Source: Lama glama (Eukaryota). From it: a stretch of DNA of 64,000 nt. This document shows positions 1 through 11,650 of the stretch, piece after piece. Location: contig CM052829.1 of NCBI GenBank assembly GCA_028534125.1, positions 29,140,001 through 29,204,000 of the forward strand. Direction: 5' to 3'. The position numbers were made by a program, and so were the translations under genes. Under the pieces are notes generated by a model that made no database searches, was not told where the DNA came from, and saw only the letters and a program-made list of their open reading frames with translations. Position 1 is the stretch's first letter. Every line of letters begins with the position of its first letter.

Positions 1-49
1 ATTCCTGATGGCAAAGAGCTAGCATCTTAAAGAGCAGCACACATAAATA

Positions 50-290
50 ATTTATTTTCAATAATTATTTAGGGCCTCATAGATGCCATGCTCTGTGCTG
101 GGTGCCAAAGATAAAAGAGGAGCAGGATCAGGTCTTCATAGTTTAACAGAGGGAGACAGTGGGGAAGGTAAGTGAGGAAAAAGTGGTATGAGGTCTATAA
201 TAGGAATAAGTACAGGAGACTGAGAGTTTAACTTTATGGAGAAGAGTGTGTGAAATGAAAAGACCAGAAAAGTCTTTGCAGAACAGGTGA
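50..290 (-). mobile_element. L2 3'-end fragment
   Basis: …tattt agggcctcatagatgccatgctctgtgctgggtgcc… resembles the reverse complement of the L2 3' end; highly decayed. Confidence 0.5.
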
Positions 291-404
291 CCAACTGGAA
301 TTATATGTACTCGAATGACATAATAATTATAGATAGCAGTAGCTTATTGATTCTCTAGAACTGTAGAACCAAGGTTATTAAAAAATTAATAGTTTAGTCC
401 ACAA

Positions 405-580
405 AATTTAAGCATCTGTAGCCCATATTATGTGGCAGGCCCTGGTGATGCTGGCTGGCATGAGTGGCATGGCCCTTATCACTGACTAGGCCACAACCTA
501 GTGGGAGAGTCATGTAATTTCAGGTCAATATAGTAAGTGCCCTGAGGGTGAAATGCTCAGAAGGGCATCTAACATGGCGA
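405..580 (-). mobile_element. L2 fragment
   Basis: tattatgtggcaggccctggtg…cacaacctagtgggagag…agggcatctaac pattern typical of antisense L2. Confidence 0.5.
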
Positions 581-804
581 GCAGCTGGCCAGATCAACAA
601 GACATTGGTGTTTGATAACAGGTAAAGACAAATGTTCACTGAGTTTCGGAATATTTTCTTATGTGCGTGGCCCCAACATTTCTAAATAAAAAGAGGGGCT
701 TTGCTTTTGCATATTTCTTATCATAAAAGAGCATGGTCTTGATTCTGCACACCGGAAGATAGCCAAGGTTTTCTTACTACCTTCAAGCACCCATAACAGG
801 TGAA

Positions 805-1021
805 GCCTGCTGCAAACCCTGATCCCATCAGTAATTAGCTGTTAGGTTCTTGGATCAGTTATGTTACCTCTAAACTCTACTTTATTCAACTATAATAAGA
901 GATAAATAGTAGTTAACTCCTTGGATTTTGGTGAGCATTTAATGACATAATCTATACACAGTTCTTAGCATGGTGGTGCCTGGCATATGGTAGATGCTTG
1001 TTATATGTTAGCAATTATTAT
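805..1021 (+). mobile_element. MIR SINE
   Basis: Core-like tagctgttaggttcttggatcagttatgttacctct…gtgagcatttaatgacataat… and 3' gcctggcatatggtagatgct…tgttagcaattatt. Confidence 0.75.
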
Positions 1022-2005
1022 TTTGTCTTAAAACACTTTAACAAATCACATAGCCATTAGACCTCAAAATAACTCTGAAATAGACTTCTTTTTTATTTCC
1101 CAGTTCAGGTAGAAATTTTGGCATTCTTGCCTAGCCCTGTGCTACCAACAAGAGAAGCTTGCCTGCTCAAACTAGTGTTGGTAATGATTTCATAGAGAGC
1201 AATGCTACCAACTCTTTTCCATTAAAGTGGGATAATAAATATTTTCTAATCTCACACTGTGTATATAGTGCTGTGCTAAATATTCTAGAGGTAAGAAACT
1301 TGAAACTGGAATTATCTTTGTCCTTAAGAAGCTGACACTTTATCATGATAAATAAGACAAATATTTAAATAATGATGCATTGAACATATAGAAAAAAAAA
1401 AGGAGAATCAAGTATTACTTAGCTTTGTCTCATTTAAGCTTTAGATTTCTGAGGGGTAAAAAAACCTTAAGATTGTAGTCGTTAGAAAAGGCTTTTGTTA
1501 GATGTTCTGAGCACTTTTCCCTACTGTTTTCCTTAGTTTTATTTGCAAGCTGGAGCAGGTATTAAAGATGAAGTGTTCTGGTGGGAGCGGTAGCCTGGAG
1601 CGCTTGAAGCATTGCTAATTTCAAACCTTGTAATTTAGTTAAATTGAAACATAACTGCATTTAGATGAATGGGCCGCTAGTTTTCCTTCCCAAAGCAAAC
1701 ATGCCAACCTTTCATTACTTCTTGTCTGTGTTATGGCTTCTGTGCTTATTCAGATCTGCTCGTTTACACATAATTGACATGTTATGGTGGTGCAGAGTTT
1801 TTATTTTGAAAAAAGAGCTTCAAAAAATTAGAGATGCGTTCCATAGCATACTGTATCAGTCATTTTATGTTCTAAAGTGAGAATGAGGGAGTTCCAGGTA
1901 ACTTTGTTCCTGTGGAAGGTGGTTTGGCTCAAGCTTTTACAAACGAGGAATGAGTAAGTGACACAGTAGGTCTGATTACAAATACAGTTTATCTTCATTT
2001 GGAAT

Positions 2006-2069
2006 CCATGACTTCTATTAAATTTAATTACTTCCCCCATGGCTTCTATTAAATTTAATTAATTTCCCC
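2006..2069. repeat. Tandem duplication, ~31-bp unit x2
   Basis: ccatgacttctattaaatttaattacttccc followed directly by ccatggcttctattaaatttaattaatttcccc. Confidence 0.9.
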
Positions 2070-3084
2070 TGCAGCTGGCATAGTGGAGGTGCTGCTGCTA
2101 AAGGAAGGTGATTGCTAATTGAGGGAGTTTTCTGTAAGAGGTTGTTTTTTTTTTTTTTTAACTCTTTCTCTTGTTTATCTGGAAATCTCTTATCCAGCCA
2201 GACATCTTGGAACATTAGTGAGAAGTTGCAGGTTGCAAAGTAATACATGAGTTCATCACCATTACTTAGGGGAATCTGTAGGTTTTCTGTTTTGTTTTTT
2301 GGTCTGATCCTTCAGTTAACATGTCTTTTTGGCGAGAGGCCAACCTAGGATTCTAAGCAAAGAAAACCAGCCCAGTCTTAACCTAGACAAGATGGGGCGT
2401 GTTAGGCCCAGCTACATAAGCATGGAGGTTTCCGGCAACTGTCCCAAGGTCAGTTGCTGCTCAGTTTTAAAAAACACAGGGGAAGAGAGGCGAATAATTC
2501 AGCACTTAAGGGTAGTGTATTACCCATCTAACAATCATTGGGGGACTCTCTCAAATTAGAATTAACAACTTATTATTAATATAGTTTTTCTCACTGGGGC
2601 CATACTATAGTGATAATATAATCATCAATATATATTCTTAAGGCAAAACCAAAAATTTCAAAGCATTTTTAAAAATCAAGATATGGGAATGTTACATACC
2701 TGTTGCCCTTGCTTTGTTTCTACAAGTCGACCAAAGGAAAAAAAATGTAGATCTATACTCATTTAATGTATTTTTATTCTCAGCCTTGCAGTTTTTAATA
2801 GAAAGGAACTCTCATTTTTGAGCATCAATATATGCCAAGAATTATTTATACATTATATGCACACACAGACTATGTATATACACACACACATTTTCCTATC
2901 AGCCCAGTGAAGTATTCTTTACACATGAAGAGTTGAGGCTCGAATTCTTGTCTTTTCTGTCAATCGCTACCTGCCCACGTAAGTGGTATTGAAAATTTTG
3001 ACTTTGGAGGACATTCTGCCATTCCTTGAATGGACAATACTCTTTTGGCAACACGCTCCTTCGAAAGCTATTTCCTGTGTTTTT

Positions 3085-4125
3085 CATGATCTTACTCTCT
3101 GTTTTTTCTCCTTTTTGGCCACATCTGCTTAGCTTAAACTGGGAAGCCCATTATCTCTTCAAATTTAAATTTTTGTTTGATGGCCTTGGGGCCTCATGAT
3201 GGCCTGCTTCTCTTTATTCTATACTCTCTCCTTGATAGTTTTATCTAATCTCTTGGCTACGTACCATCTATAAACCCATTCATTACCCTAAATGTATAAC
3301 TCCAGTCCTGATCTCACTTCTGGGACTGCTAAAGAAAACCAGAGCTGGACAGTAGTTAATGTGATAAAACGGATTTTATTCAGGAGGGAAACAGAGACCT
3401 CAGTCTAGAACTGGACTTAATTAGATTATAGCATGGACAAGTGGAAATTCATAGTCAAGGAGCAGGTGGATGTCAGTGGATGGAAAATTACTAAGAGGAA
3501 ACATCAAGGGTAAGTGGGGGATTCTGGTTGAAACTACATGACAGGGGGATTCTTGCTGAAGGCAGGCCGGGGAGATCAGATATCATGAGAGGAAATGGTG
3601 GGAGATGAGGAATTTGATCCAACGTTGAGGTTGATCAGATTTCCCAAGTTGGGGCAGGATTTTTGCTCAGATTGGGCTATGCAGATCTGGCAAATGTGGG
3701 ACCTAGTGGAGAAAAGGGCTTGGAGGAGCCTGTCTAAAGTTTGGTCGAGGAGATAGTCCTGGTCAAGCCCCAGGACATTCCTTTCACTCATTCCATGTCT
3801 CCATTTGGTATTTCCTAGGCATAATACATTGGAGTAATCAAATTCCTGAACAAATTTGTGTTTTCTTCCGCAGCCCTCCCTGCTAGCCTTGGCTCATCAG
3901 AAACCTGGGAGTCATTCTTCATCTCAACTTCTTCCCTCATGCCTTGCCTTCAAGCATTAAGAGTTATGTAGTCTCTTATCTAGTCTTTCTACTTTATTAC
4001 ATTTACCCCAACCTCACCATTTTAGTCTATGTCATCTAGACTACAGTATTTGCTCCCTAATTTATTTAGCATTCCCTCAAATCCATTCTTCATAGAGCAT
4101 ATAACTTTGAATTGTAATTATGATC
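3085..4125 (+). mobile_element. L2 LINE fragment, interrupted by an LTR at 3327-3765
   Basis: ttctatactctctcc…accatctat…tccagtcctgatctc before the LTR, and gaaacctgggagtcattctt…ctagactacag…aatccattcttca after it; collinear with the L2 3' region. Confidence 0.7.
3327..3765 (-). mobile_element. Solo ERV1-class LTR, MER31/MER67-like
   Basis: Minus strand begins TGACCAGGACTATCTCCTCGACCAAACTTTAGACAGGCTCCTC (like the MER31 5' end), carries AATAAA near its 3' end and ends …TTTCTTTAGCA; TG…CA termini, ~440 bp. Confidence 0.8.
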
Positions 4126-4134
4126 CTTTTACTT

Positions 4135-4280
4135 TTCTTATTCCCTCCTTCTCTCCACCCCTTTCCCTCCCTTCCCTTCTCGTTTATCCCTGTCCTCTAT
4201 CTCCTCCTGGATCCTCGCCTTTCTCTTCCTATCCTCTTCTTCACTCCTCCTCTCTCATCTTCTTAGCGCTCCCTTCTCCA
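4135..4280. repeat. CT-rich low-complexity tract
   Basis: Near-pure pyrimidine run (ccctccttctctccacccctttccctccc…). Confidence 0.85.
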
Positions 4281-6404
4281 GGTACCTGGGCAAATGGAAT
4301 GATAAAGATTTATGTGTTTAAGGCAGCTGTGGTCCTTATTCATGACTTAGACTGAGTTTATTTAAAGACAAAGTACCAATTACCTTTTGTTTGTTATTAG
4401 AATGACCAGAATGTTTTTCTCTGCCACCATTTTTAAGAAATTAATCTATTTGTTTCTTATATTTTTTCTTTGTGAAAGGTCGTCTCTCTTGCTATGTTAT
4501 GGTGTTATTACAACTTGATTTGCCAGCTTGATTTTAAAATTGCAACCAACTTCTAAAGTTTTGAGCTTTACAGTTCTGCTAAAGATGCACATTTGTGCGC
4601 TGTTCACCAGTGCTATCAGAATTTGAATTGCTTTTTACAACAAATCTTGATTTTTCTTCTCAATTAGTCATTGAGATTTCTGATTGTTACTTAATGAATA
4701 CTGTATTAATGTACTGGCTGTACTGATTAGAGCCATGAAAGTGCAAAGTCAATCAATGAATTAGAGCTTTTCTCTTATCCCTTTATGTGCCTGTGACTGT
4801 CCTCTTTTGTTCTCAGGACACAGTGGAGACTGCGCTACCATTTTGGCATAATTTTAGTTTGAGTATATGTATTTTTTACCATGTATGAAGACACATCTTT
4901 TATTCCTTGAAATCTCTTCATTGTGTAGGAGAAATGACATAGGTGATTGGTAGGGGACAATTATCTCGGGTTAGGAACAGGTAGGTATATTTTATGGGCA
5001 CTGGTGGCCCAGTTTTCTCTAAGGGAGAGGCACATGATTGGCCATATGGTTGTGGGCAGGAGGCCAAGGGGTTTGTTAGGAAGCTGCGTTTGATAGCAAG
5101 CTCATGTTTATTTACTTGGAATGTAATTTAATTGGGGTGCTTTGGTGGGGATTAGAAGGGGAGGGTGGGATGTTAGACTTTATATTCCTAGTACACTCCA
5201 GTCCCACCAATGTTGAAGGAAAGGACGAGATAAAGGAGAGAGAAAATAATGGAAGAGAGACGTACAAAGGGGACATAGTACAAAAGAAGGTAGACAGTGC
5301 ACAGAAAAGTGAGGTGACTGTGAACAGAAAAGTCAGGCTAGGAGGATTCTATCTGGCAAGGCAGAGAGAATTCAATGAGGAAAGTCCACCTGCTCTGTTC
5401 ATGGTTCTAGAACTAACTTTTGCTTATTTACAATTCTGCATCGCTCTTGAGAATTGTAAGTAGTGTGGTAGTATTAGGACATATTCTGAGGGCATGTTCA
5501 ATAGTATTCATCTTTGCTGTCTTTTTTGATACTTACTCAAGCATCTTCTCAGTACCTGAGATTTGACTTGGTTGGTCTAGATTTGGAAGTCTGAGGACTC
5601 CGAGGGTTAGCTGTGCTTGTTCTTTGGATGTGGGACTTGTAGCTACTGAGTGTTAGTGGTGGCTGTGGCCCCTTCTGTGCTGTTTCTAGGCTTTCTTTTC
5701 TAATGGATTCTCTTTAGGTTGATGGTAGAGGCCATTTGTGCTTTCTTAACCTTTTCTTGTTATTGTAATCGTGCAGAACCCTAGCTGCCTAGCTTTCATG
5801 TGTAACCACCCTATACATGTCTGCTTAAATTACCAATCTGTGATTACCTTTTAGGAGGTCAATAGTAGTGAATCTGCCTTGTTAATTTTAATTTTTTTTG
5901 AACTGTATTATACCTTTATTATTTTATCTTTCTTCATGAAAGATGGATCTGCCTGACTCCCAGGCTAACACATTTTTGTGCTTTTCTGGGTTGTCTAGAG
6001 GAGAAACATAAGGCCTTAATGTAGGAAGGCCAGGAGTGACCCTTGGAAGAGTAGCCTTGAGTGTTGTCCTCACTAGCATGAAAATAAATGTTTTTCGTCA
6101 GTTGATTTAATTTTCTAGTCTTCGATTTTCTTATTCATAAAAGAGTACTTCAGAACACCTAGGCCAGTCTGACCTAGCTCTTTGTTGATTACTTCTGCCC
6201 AAGAATATGTTCTTCCTGCACTGCCTGAAATTTTCATTTCACATTTGCATGTTTTCTGAAACAGCACCACTTAAGGGCTAATGTGGATGATTAAGTCTTC
6301 TTAAAAAAAAATCAAATGCTTTTCAGGGGTTTAAGTGGCTACCCAAAATTCATTTTGTAGGTAAAATGTGAACAAACTGTTTACAGTAAAGGAAATACAC
6401 ACTT

Positions 6405-7125
6405 TTAAATAGATGAAAAGTTAGCCTTATAATAAGGAAATGCAAATTAATATTATAGAGAAATGCTATTTTTTTAATCTCTCAGATTGGCAGATATTCT
6501 GAAATTTGGTAACACTGTTAGCAAAGGTTTTGGAAGCAGGCTTTCTCCTACATGCTGTTGTATGGTGCATAAGTTGGAACACACACTACAGATGGTGATT
6601 TAGCAATGTCCATCAAATACAGATGAGTATATCTAATAACACCTCCCTTGGGAATTTATTAAAACTATCTGTGTACAAGATGCTCAATGCAGTATGTTTT
6701 TAATAACAAAAGATTGAAAAGCAGCTAAATGTCCACCAATAGGGAACTACTTAAATCAATTATGGTCCATTCATACAGTTGGCATCCTCCCCAGCTGTTA
6801 AGAAAAAATGAAATAATGAGGCAGTCCTTTATATACTGATATGGAAAAATCTTCGACATTTTATTAAAGATAAAAAAAAATTAAAGAAAGGTGCCTGACA
6901 GCATGTATAGTTTGCTAGCTTTTCTATTAAATAAGAGAGAAAATAAAGTGTATTCCCACTTGCTTACATATACACATACATACATATAAAACAAATTTAG
7001 GAAGAATCCAGAAGATACTAATGGTTGCAATTACCTGTGGAAGGGGAAATTTTCACTACATTCTTTTAAATTTTTAAAAAATTTAAAACATGCATATGCA
7101 CCTATATTATCTATTGTAAATTAAA
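6405..7125 (+). mobile_element. Old L1 (L1ME/L1MC-type) ORF2 end and 3' UTR
   Basis: gaaatgcaaatta…cagattggca…taaatgtccaccaataggga…aattatggtccattcatac…tactgatatggaaaaatct are hallmark motifs of the L1M 3' region. Confidence 0.85.
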
Positions 7126-8383
7126 CTAAAAACTGTACTTTAGTATGAATTAATTTAATTACATTGTTTCCTTCCTAACACTTACCTGGGATGAGTTTCC
7201 CTGAGGTGAAGGAAAAGTTTTGAAAGTTTGGAAGAGGAGGAATTTAGCAGTTGCCTCACTTTCAGTCCTCAGGTGAGGCAGGATACCACCTGTACCCTAC
7301 AATGGGGACACCTTGGAGCCCTTGGGAGGTTTGAAAATTATGTAGTAGGAACTTTGCAAGAAAACAGAGGTAAAATGATGCCAAAGGCTAGTTTAAATTG
7401 CTTTGAAAATTTGCCTGCAGCCAGCTAACTTCAAGCAAAGCAAAAACTAGGATGGGGATGTTCTTCCTTACCCCTTTGCCTTCTTCTTGCGTGAGTCAGA
7501 ATTTAAATCAGATTCAGAACCAAGATTTAAAGCACAGCTTTGAATTAGCACATGGTTAAGGTATAGTACAGGCCAAATATATTTAATTAGCTACTCTGGG
7601 AACCTCACTAATGTTTACAGGCCTGTATCTGGTTGCAATGAGTTTTCACTTTCAATAAACTCACTCTCAAACATTTAGACGAGTAATTAGGAACAGCATG
7701 TAATCATTTGCAGGGTCCTAGACCCTGTCATTCATTCATTGTGGACTTTACTCTTTGCTGTTTGGCCTGTTTTTTCTATAATTTACCCCAAAGCCTAGAT
7801 TTTAGGAACCTGAAATCATACTAGAAATCATGAAGGTAATAAATTAAAGGAGATTCTTTACTGTAAACCTACTGTAATTTTTTCACAGTTGAATTACCCC
7901 TGTGTACTAAGGCTGATCATTTCAATGTGAATAGTTTTTCATTTTTCTTAATTAATTTTTTTATTAAAAAATATATTGACCACTTGCCATGGGCCAGAAT
8001 TTATTTATGGCTCTGGGAATTCAGTGGTAAATCAGACAGAGTTTTGGTGCCATTTAATTTGTAGTTTTATAGAAAAAGAAAGATGTTTATCTACTTCGTT
8101 CCTTTGTGACTGCTTCCCCATGATCTTTGATAATTTAATTGTAAAATATTGTGAAATAGGAGGAGAGAGGAAGATGCGTAATTGCTCAGCTGATGTTTCT
8201 CTCTGAAATAGTCAATTCACATTTAGGAAAGAACTTTATCACCATTTATTGGAATCTTGATCTCTTAAGAAATGTTTCTCATTTTTAAAATGAGAATTAA
8301 AATTAAAAATAATTCCTTGATTGCTGCTAAGTACTTTGTAAGCAAATCTCAGTGTGCCCCTTATATTATAAATATATCATTAT

Positions 8384-8592
8384 GTAATGGAAAGAACATA
8401 AGAGTTGGAGATCTGATTGGAATACTGACCCATAACTTCCAATTATATGGTCATATTTAAGTCATTTTTTTTCCTCTGAACTTCAGTTTCAGTGGGGAAG
8501 CAAAAGCTACCTACCAGAGTTGATGTAAAGATTGGAGGTGTATGTTGTATGCCTGGCATACAGTAAGAGCTTTGTAAATGCTAGCCATTATT
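8384..8592 (+). mobile_element. MIR SINE
   Basis: gtaatggaaagaaca…cctctgaacttcagtttc…ctacct…gcctggcatacagtaagagc…aaatgctagccattatt. Confidence 0.75.
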
Positions 8593-9144
8593 TTATGATT
8601 AATTCAAAAGCAGTTTGCTGATCACTAAGAGTTTAAGAGATCGTACTTATATTTGGTTATGTGTTCAAGTTTCACTTTTAGAGCCATCTCTCCTTCTTCA
8701 GGCTTTTTTTCCCTCAGCCTACCTTGGCACCTGGGGCAACCCTAGATCACTATTTGTATCTTCTCTCTGTAAGTTGATAATGCATTGCACAGAGGTGGGC
8801 AACAGCTCTTTGATTTGATCCCCAAATCAAAGGAGGTAAGATGAAGGCAGATGGAGAGAGCTAGAAGTAGTTAGTTGGACAGAGGTGGGGAGATGAATGC
8901 TGTTCTCTCTTCTTTCCCAGCCTGTGGCAAGCAGCCAGCTGTTTCCTTAATTCAGACTCCTCTGTGCCCTGGCAGTGATAGAGCACATTCCTCTTAGAGA
9001 AATCCCTTCTGGCAATTGCCATTTCAAAGAAGAAGAAACTTAGAGTAGAAGAATCATTTTGATTTAGAGTGTTAATGTGTGTGTAGGAGTAGGTAGAGAG
9101 AGGAGCCAGGGAGGGGCTGGCAGCCATTTAAAAGTCACATGCCA

Positions 9145-9212
9145 TGACTGGGACATTGTGCTGTACACCAGAAATCTACACATTGTAACAGACTGTACTT
9201 CAATTAAAAAAA
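9145..9212 (+). mobile_element. Young, severely 5'-truncated L1 3' end (camelid-type)
   Basis: tgactgggacattgtgctgtacaccagaaatctacacattgtaacagactgtacttcaatt plus A tail; closely similar to the copy at 62290-62350. Candidate TSD aagtcacatgcca (9132-9144) / aagtggcatgcca (9294-9306). Confidence 0.85.
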
Positions 9213-9278
9213 GGAAAGGAAGGAAGGAAGGAAGGTAGAAAGGAAGAAAAGGAAGCAAGGAAGGAAGGAAGGAAAGAA
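9213..9278. repeat. (GGAA)n imperfect microsatellite in the L1 tail
   Basis: ggaaaggaaggaaggaaggaaggtagaaaggaagaaaaggaagcaaggaaggaaggaaggaaag. Confidence 0.9.
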
Positions 9279-9729
9279 AATTTTGTTTTCAATAAGTGGC
9301 ATGCCAAATCTTCATTTATTCCTTCACTCCTGAGCAGAGCTGGAAGTGTTTGTGGGGGCCACCCAGAAACAAGCCTCTCTTGAAATCCCTGGGATGTGAA
9401 GTGGTTCAATACAATGAATCAGCCTTAGCATGTATTCTGTTGAACCCTGCACTTCCACGAATAGTGACGCCTTCTGGCCAATGGTGGGAAATGTCTGTTT
9501 CAAGTTCCACTCATTCTCTCTCCTGGTGGCCCTTGGGCTGTATCTCTGTGGCCCCACCCGATTGGGAACAGCATTGCCTGTACTGTTGCTTTTGGGTGCG
9601 CCTTTGCTATTTCTCCCCTTGCCTCTCATTTAATTTTATCTCATTCAGTTTCTTTCTGGCAAGAACTTCTTTATCTCTATTCTCTCTTCCCATTTTTGGT
9701 CAGCTAAATTTTAGGAAAACCTTTCACAA

Positions 9730-9965
9730 AAGCAGTATGCATAATGGTTAACGCTGTGGAGTGTGACGGCCTGGATTTTGAATCCCCTTCCTACCTGGTA
9801 ATCTTGGGCAAATTAGCTTGTACTCTGTACCTTTACTTTCTATAAGATGGGGGAAATAATACCTACCTTCCAGGGTTGTTTTGAGGCTAAAATAAAGTAA
9901 TGTATGTGAAGTTCCCAGCATATCATTTTATGCAGAAAAGTTACTCACTGATTGTTAGCTTTTGT
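9730..9965 (+). mobile_element. MIR SINE
   Basis: agcagtatgcataatggttaa…tttgaatccc…cttgggcaaatta…ataatacctacct…agggttgttttgagg. Confidence 0.8.
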
Positions 9966-11434
9966 TATTTAGTTGCCAATGTGCCCTTTCATTTATGTGC
10001 CAGAAATAATCTCAATTGATGAAATTAGTGTCAGTATATACTCAAAGCATGGAAAAGAAAAGGTGTTTTAGACAAAGTAGCTTTACAGCAATTTCTAAAG
10101 TGAACAGAACTGTCAAAAGTTGTCTTCAGAAACTTCATATATCTCCAAATACTCCTCCTCCACAAATTTTCAAATTTGCTTTCTTTAAGCTCCAGCAGGT
10201 GAGATATATTTTGAAAGATTCCTTCAGTTGGATTCTTTTACCATTTTAATTGCTAATATTGCTACTTTATTATTTTCTGTCATTTTCTAATTAAATGCAG
10301 AATTTAAAAATTATGCTTTAAAACTGGATTTAAACTGCCTACCAATCTTTAGGGGGCTATCCTGGGAAGGTAATCACGGTTTTAAACAACATTTTGAAAA
10401 AAATGTTGGTTGAGACCTCAAAGAGTAACTTACAAATGATCTTTTTGTGTATAGCCTAAGGGGTTACTTTACCTGTGACTCTCCAAAACTTCTAAGAAGT
10501 CTAATTCTTGCCTTTTATATTGTCTTTTTTTCCCCCCATTTTGGCAAGACAATTAGTTGGCTTCTCTTCTTAAACTACCTTTAGTCCTAATGCCGAAATA
10601 TTTCTTTCTGGTTTGGTTGATGTGAGACCTCAATCGATGACTAGGAAAGGCAGGTTGTTTTCATTCTATTAAGTAGTGGCTTTTCTGGCCGTTTTTGTCC
10701 AGCTTCACATAGTGGCCAAGCTATTACAATACGGAAAGGAGTTTAGTTTATTCCTCACAAACAGTCATGATTGCACTCCTGCCCCTGATCCATTAACTCT
10801 CTGTGACTTGCACCTTGAGAATACTCTCTAGTCATTGTTTGGGTCAGCATTTCTCTTTCAAGTAACAGATAAGAAATTACTTTAACATCACCCACTCGCA
10901 GGATAGAAAACAATCATTTTTCTTCTACTTTCATCAGCTGACTCAGGCTGTTCTGTGCGGCTCTTGATGTTTGCCTAGCCTCTTCCTAAATGCTGTAGTA
11001 AATTCAGAGCTAAGCCATTGGTTAGTTATGTCGAGATCATTTCCATGTCAGGAAAATAAAATTATCACTATTGGTGATAGGTGTATATTATACCTGCAGT
11101 CAAGCTGTTTCATCCTTCGAAGACCGACTAACCTAGGAGAAGCTATTTAGCTATACATTTGTGGGACTCATAATACTAGACCCTGTCAGAATGGCCATTG
11201 CAAACCAAGCTTTTGGAAGTTTTAAGCTTTTGGAATTTTCTTAAACAGCTGTGGAACCTATTTGGGAGAATTTTAACCATAGGCATTTTCTCTATGTTAA
11301 AGACACAAGAGGTTTACACATGAGGAATATTTAAATTTCTTTCTTTGAGTGAACTAATTCTTTTTATTTATTATTTTGGAATGGGCCAGCTTAAGAGAGA
11401 TTCTAGTACTTTAGACTTGATTTTTTTTAAATAA

Positions 11435-11650
11435 ACTAGGTAACATTTACTGAGTTTTTGAAGTGCCTGCCAGTCATGTTGCACGTGCACAATCTCATTT
11501 AATACTTCCATGTATATATATGAGGCAAGTTCTCATAGCAAGTAAATAAACTGAGACTTCAGGAGGTTAAGCAGTTTGCTCAAGGTCACATAGCTAGTAA
11601 GTGATAAATTGACCTTGCCGTGGCCCACAAACTTTGCTGTACTGCCCTCT
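11435..11650 (-). mobile_element. MIR SINE
   Basis: taacatttactgag…atctcatttaat…aaactgagact…gaggttaagcagtttgctcaaggtcacatagctagtaagtg is the reverse MIR core. Confidence 0.85.

Noticed and set aside
4029-5463. 108-aa Pro/Ser/Leu-rich and 119-aa ORFs
   Set aside because: Produced by CT-rich and GA-rich low-complexity DNA that lacks stop codons.
9296-9751. Longest ORF (151 aa) and overlapping ORFs
   Set aside because: No recognisable domain, no convincing splice or Kozak context, and the end runs into a MIR. The length is compatible with chance.
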